Origin: Thermoproteota archaeon
GTDB taxonomy: Archaea > Thermoproteota > Thermoprotei > Gearchaeales > Gearchaeaceae
Length of the DNA stretch: 64,000 bases
Reading direction: 5' to 3'
NCBI GenBank assembly: GCA_032249235.1
Contig: JAVVGF010000004.1
Span: forward strand, 43,525 to 107,524
The notes below the pieces were generated by a model. It saw nothing but the letters and a program-made list of their open reading frames with translations. It made no database searches and was not told the DNA's origin. This document shows, one piece after another, positions 61,141-64,000 of the stretch. Position 1 is the first letter of the stretch. Each line of letters opens with the position of its first letter. The translations under genes were made by a program, and so were the position numbers.

Positions 61141-61670
61141 GAATATTTAAATTCAGTCATTATTGAGCCGTTTCTTTTAATTTGGACTTTAAAATATTCA
61201 TCCTCTTCGAATACTCTTATCTCATAGTCGCACCAATAATTAATTAAATTGAGCAAAGGTTCCTTTTCATATTCAGTAATAAATATATTTATTAAATTTT
61301 TATCTATACTCATAAAATATAAATAACATAATATCATATTAAATCTTGAATAGTATAAAATTTTATTTTTTATTTCTAAATTTAAAAAAGAAATTTTATC
61401 AAAGAAAATTACAGATTCATTTTCAATATTATTATTAAAAAGAAATTCTATAATATCATCAAGTCTTTCATATATAAGAAATTCTATTCCGTTATTTTTT
61501 GATTGTTTAAAATTTTTCAAGATATCAAATAAGTTTGATGATAGATAAATTATTTTTTTATTTGATAAAATTTGATTCAATAAAATATTTATGAAGAAGT
61601 TTTTAGTCTTTTCATTTTTTGCAATTAATCTAATATTACAATGGCTTCTACTAAAAATATCTTTTAACAT
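61137..61670 (-). CDS. Hypothetical protein, possibly a degenerate RecA/RadB-like fold
   Basis: Very AT-rich ORF; KIIYLS, VIFFDKIS and YWCD segments. Confidence 0.5.
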   Translation of the reverse strand: MLKDIFSRSHCNIRLIAKNEKTKNFFINILLNQILSNKKIIYLSSNLFDILKNFKQSKNNGIEFLIYERLDDIIEFLFNNNIENESVIFFDKISFLNLEIKNKILYYSRFNMILCYLYFMSIDKNLINIFITEYEKEPLLNLINYWCDYEIRVFEEDEYFKVQIKRNGSIMTEFKYS

Positions 61671-61671
61671 A

Positions 61672-61746
61672 CGCCCCGGGTGGGATTCGAACCCACGACC
61701 TACGGCTTAGGAGGCCGCCGCTCTATCCTGGCTGAGCTACCAGGGC
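61672..61746 (-). tRNA. tRNA-Arg(CCU)
   Basis: GCCCTGG/CCGGGGC acceptor; GCGGC-CTCCTAA-GCCGT. Confidence 0.96.
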
Positions 61747-61819
61747 ATCTGTTGATTATTTTATCTATTGAAATACTTATTCTTTTTTGGGGTGATGTTA
61801 TATTTAGTTTATAATTAAG

Positions 61820-62650
61820 TTGATGAGGGCTGTTTCAGCTGCTGTAGGATCTTTGTTTTTAGCTTTTTTGATAATCTCATTTACTTTTCTATTCGTAAAT
61901 TTAACTGGAAGGACTTTTGATTCTCTTTCAAATTTCATCATGAATTTTCAAAAAGAGAAAGAAAAGAACGAAGAAAAACTCTTTGTGATACCATTAATTG
62001 ACAGATTCTTGCCAAGTAAGATTACATTACTTAATTATACTTCTTATTCAGGTAATCTAATTAACTTACTAAAGAATAAAGGCTTAATATTAAGTTCAAA
62101 CAGCGGCTCTATTGCTCTGAAGATCTACTTTGAAAATATTACTTCCTACTCCGATACATGGATATTTGAAATGAATTATTCAGTGTTAAGTTCAAACCAA
62201 ACAACTGTGACTTTAAGAATATCAACAAGCGAAGGATTTGTTTTTAAACAATTTAATTTAACAGTCTCAGATATATCTGGATTTTCATTTCTCGATATTA
62301 TTATACGCGATACAAAGCAGTTTTTCCAGAATAATTCACTTGAATTGATCATTAGCCTTAACTCAAGCGTGCATAATTTCTTATTACTTAATTTGAGAAG
62401 TTTGAGCTTTAAGGCTATAAGTAACGGAGATCACTATCTTAGCGTTTATGTTTTCAATGAAAGTGAGCAATACATTATGATCAAAGATTTGATAATTTTC
62501 AATTCTGAAAATTTTGAATATAGGAAAAGTTCTTATTATTTATCGCCTTTAGGATTTCAGCAAATCATAATCAAAACATCTATTACAGAAGGATATCTGA
62601 AGTTAATAACTCAAATAGGTAACGTGTATGTTTATCCGATAACTAATTAA
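61820..62650 (+). CDS. Hypothetical protein with class III (prepilin-like) signal peptide
   Basis: RA|VS then a hydrophobic helix; beta-rich body; C-terminal KLITQIGNVY. Confidence 0.6.
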   Translation: MMRAVSAAVGSLFLAFLIISFTFLFVNLTGRTFDSLSNFIMNFQKEKEKNEEKLFVIPLIDRFLPSKITLLNYTSYSGNLINLLKNKGLILSSNSGSIALKIYFENITSYSDTWIFEMNYSVLSSNQTTVTLRISTSEGFVFKQFNLTVSDISGFSFLDIIIRDTKQFFQNNSLELIISLNSSVHNFLLLNLRSLSFKAISNGDHYLSVYVFNESEQYIMIKDLIIFNSENFEYRKSSYYLSPLGFQQIIIKTSITEGYLKLITQIGNVYVYPITN

Positions 62651-62673
62651 TTTGTTATTATTCTTTATTTTCA

Positions 62674-63600
62674 ATGGAAGAAATTAAAGATGTTAAACTC
62701 AGAAATGGTATGAAAATTCCAGATTTGATAGAAGAATTAAAGCATTCTTCAGCATTCATGGCAAAGCATTTGGCCGATGCATGCAAGATATTCGAAGAAA
62801 TGATATTAAATGAAGATTGCTTTGTATTCCTTTCATTCACAGCTAACATTGTTGCAACTGGAATAAGAGGTGTAATCGTTGAGATGATAAAAAGAGGTTA
62901 TGTAGATGCTATCATAACTACAGGTGGAACTTTTGATCATGATATTGCTAGATCCTTAGGCGGTAAATACTATGCAGGAGATTTCGATATGAATGACGAG
63001 GAGCTTCATCATAAAGATATCCACAGATTGGGTAACGTCTTGATACCTCTTGAAAGTTATGGAATTTTAATAGAGAAATTTGTGCGCCAGAAGCTAAAAG
63101 TGTACTTAGAAAATAAAACCAAAGTTTCTCCTAGCGAACTTGCAAACGAATTAGGAAGAATTATAGATGATGAGAATTCAATTCTGAGACAAGCTTATCT
63201 TACCAATACACCAATATATTGCCCTGGAATCATTGATTCATCATTCGGTACTGCTTTGTTCTTTTTATCACAAACTATGAAATTCCAGCTCGATTTATTC
63301 AGCGATATGAAAGAATTGCTTGATATCGTATATTCGTATAAAAAAACTGGAGCCATGATAGTAGGAGGAGGAATAAGTAAACATCATTTATTATGGTGGA
63401 ATCAATTCAAGGAAGGTCTTGATTATTGCATTTATATAACTACCGCAACAGAATATGATGGTAGTCTTTCAGGTGCAAGACCGAAAGAAGCAATATCATG
63501 GAAAAAATTAAAGCCGCGCTCAAAGCAAACTTATTTATATTGTGATGCAACGATAGCTTTGCCAATTATTGTTCAATATTGTATAGAAAGAATTGGGTAA
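62674..63600 (+). CDS. dys: Deoxyhypusine synthase
   Basis: SFTAN, ITTGG, GGGISKH, YDGSLSGA..EAISWKK, DATIALP. Confidence 0.96.
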   Translation: MEEIKDVKLRNGMKIPDLIEELKHSSAFMAKHLADACKIFEEMILNEDCFVFLSFTANIVATGIRGVIVEMIKRGYVDAIITTGGTFDHDIARSLGGKYYAGDFDMNDEELHHKDIHRLGNVLIPLESYGILIEKFVRQKLKVYLENKTKVSPSELANELGRIIDDENSILRQAYLTNTPIYCPGIIDSSFGTALFFLSQTMKFQLDLFSDMKELLDIVYSYKKTGAMIVGGGISKHHLLWWNQFKEGLDYCIYITTATEYDGSLSGARPKEAISWKKLKPRSKQTYLYCDATIALPIIVQYCIERIG

Positions 63601-63627
63601 CTTTATATCACTATTGAAATAATTTAC

Positions 63628-64000
63628 GTGGAGAAAGCAATAAGCGAAATCTTCAGCTCAATAATAAACTTAACTCTTGTAATTTCTCTTTCGTTAGTTG
63701 TATATTTATTTGCTTATTCGCATTTCTCTGCTTATTATTCAAATTTTAATAAACTCTTAGATGATTTCAATAAGAAAAGCAATGGAAATCTTTTGATTGA
63801 ACATGCTCAATTGATCGAAGATAAATTATTCATCATCATCACCAACATTTCTTCTTCTAAATTTTATCTTCAAAGTATCAAAATTTTATCTAAAAGTATC
63901 GAAAAGGCTTTTGTTTTAAGAGAAGGATTAGAACCGAATGAGACAAAAGTTCTTTCTTTATCTATCAATGGAAGTCTAGAAAATCAAATTGAAGTTATCA
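63628..64000 (+). CDS. Archaeal type IV pilin-like protein (3'-truncated by window)
   Basis: GTG start; MEKA|ISEIFSSIITLTLVISLSLVVYLF, a class III signal peptide. Confidence 0.7.
   Translation, partial: MEKAISEIFSSIINLTLVISLSLVVYLFAYSHFSAYYSNFNKLLDDFNKKSNGNLLIEHAQLIEDKLFIIITNISSSKFYLQSIKILSKSIEKAFVLREGLEPNETKVLSLSINGSLENQIEVI

Noticed and set aside
291-62849. Many short antisense or alternate-frame ORFs in the track (e.g. 291-530, 3926-4195, 8908-9219, 20127-20504, 24016-24246, 31233-31637, 49752-50135)
   Set aside because: Shadows of well-supported genes with no recognisable motifs

Overview
AT-rich, very gene-dense core region of an archaeal chromosome from the TACK/Thermoproteota (crenarchaeal-like) group. 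The lineage call rests on an unsplit rpoB, a split rpoA1/rpoA2, a str cluster without EF-2, and a cbf5 intron. Contents: the RNA polymerase/str cluster, the S10-spc-alpha ribosomal superoperon, pheST, dnaG, pelota, SRP RNA, six tRNAs, tfe, ABCE1, FBP aldolase/phosphatase, the csl4-rpoL-tfs-PCNA-priLS-GINS-aIF2alpha cluster, aglB, carS and dys. No CRISPR array, transposase or integrase was seen. The most interesting signals lie outside the ORF track. (1) A tRNA-Ser(UGA) has a 13-nt BHB intron at position 8/9 and is preceded by an exact copy of its own acceptor 5' strand, possibly a placeholder leader or a second intron. (2) A 14-nt BHB intron splits the catalytic Asp codon of cbf5. (3) A stand-alone 25-aa (EE[F/L])n acidic micropeptide gene lies upstream of a TFS-like/ABCE1 pair. 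(4) A K-turn hairpin ncRNA candidate sits between pheT and dnaG. (5) An OST3/6/DC2-like membrane protein is encoded near aglB. All product calls come from recognising motifs and gene order by eye; no database searches were run.
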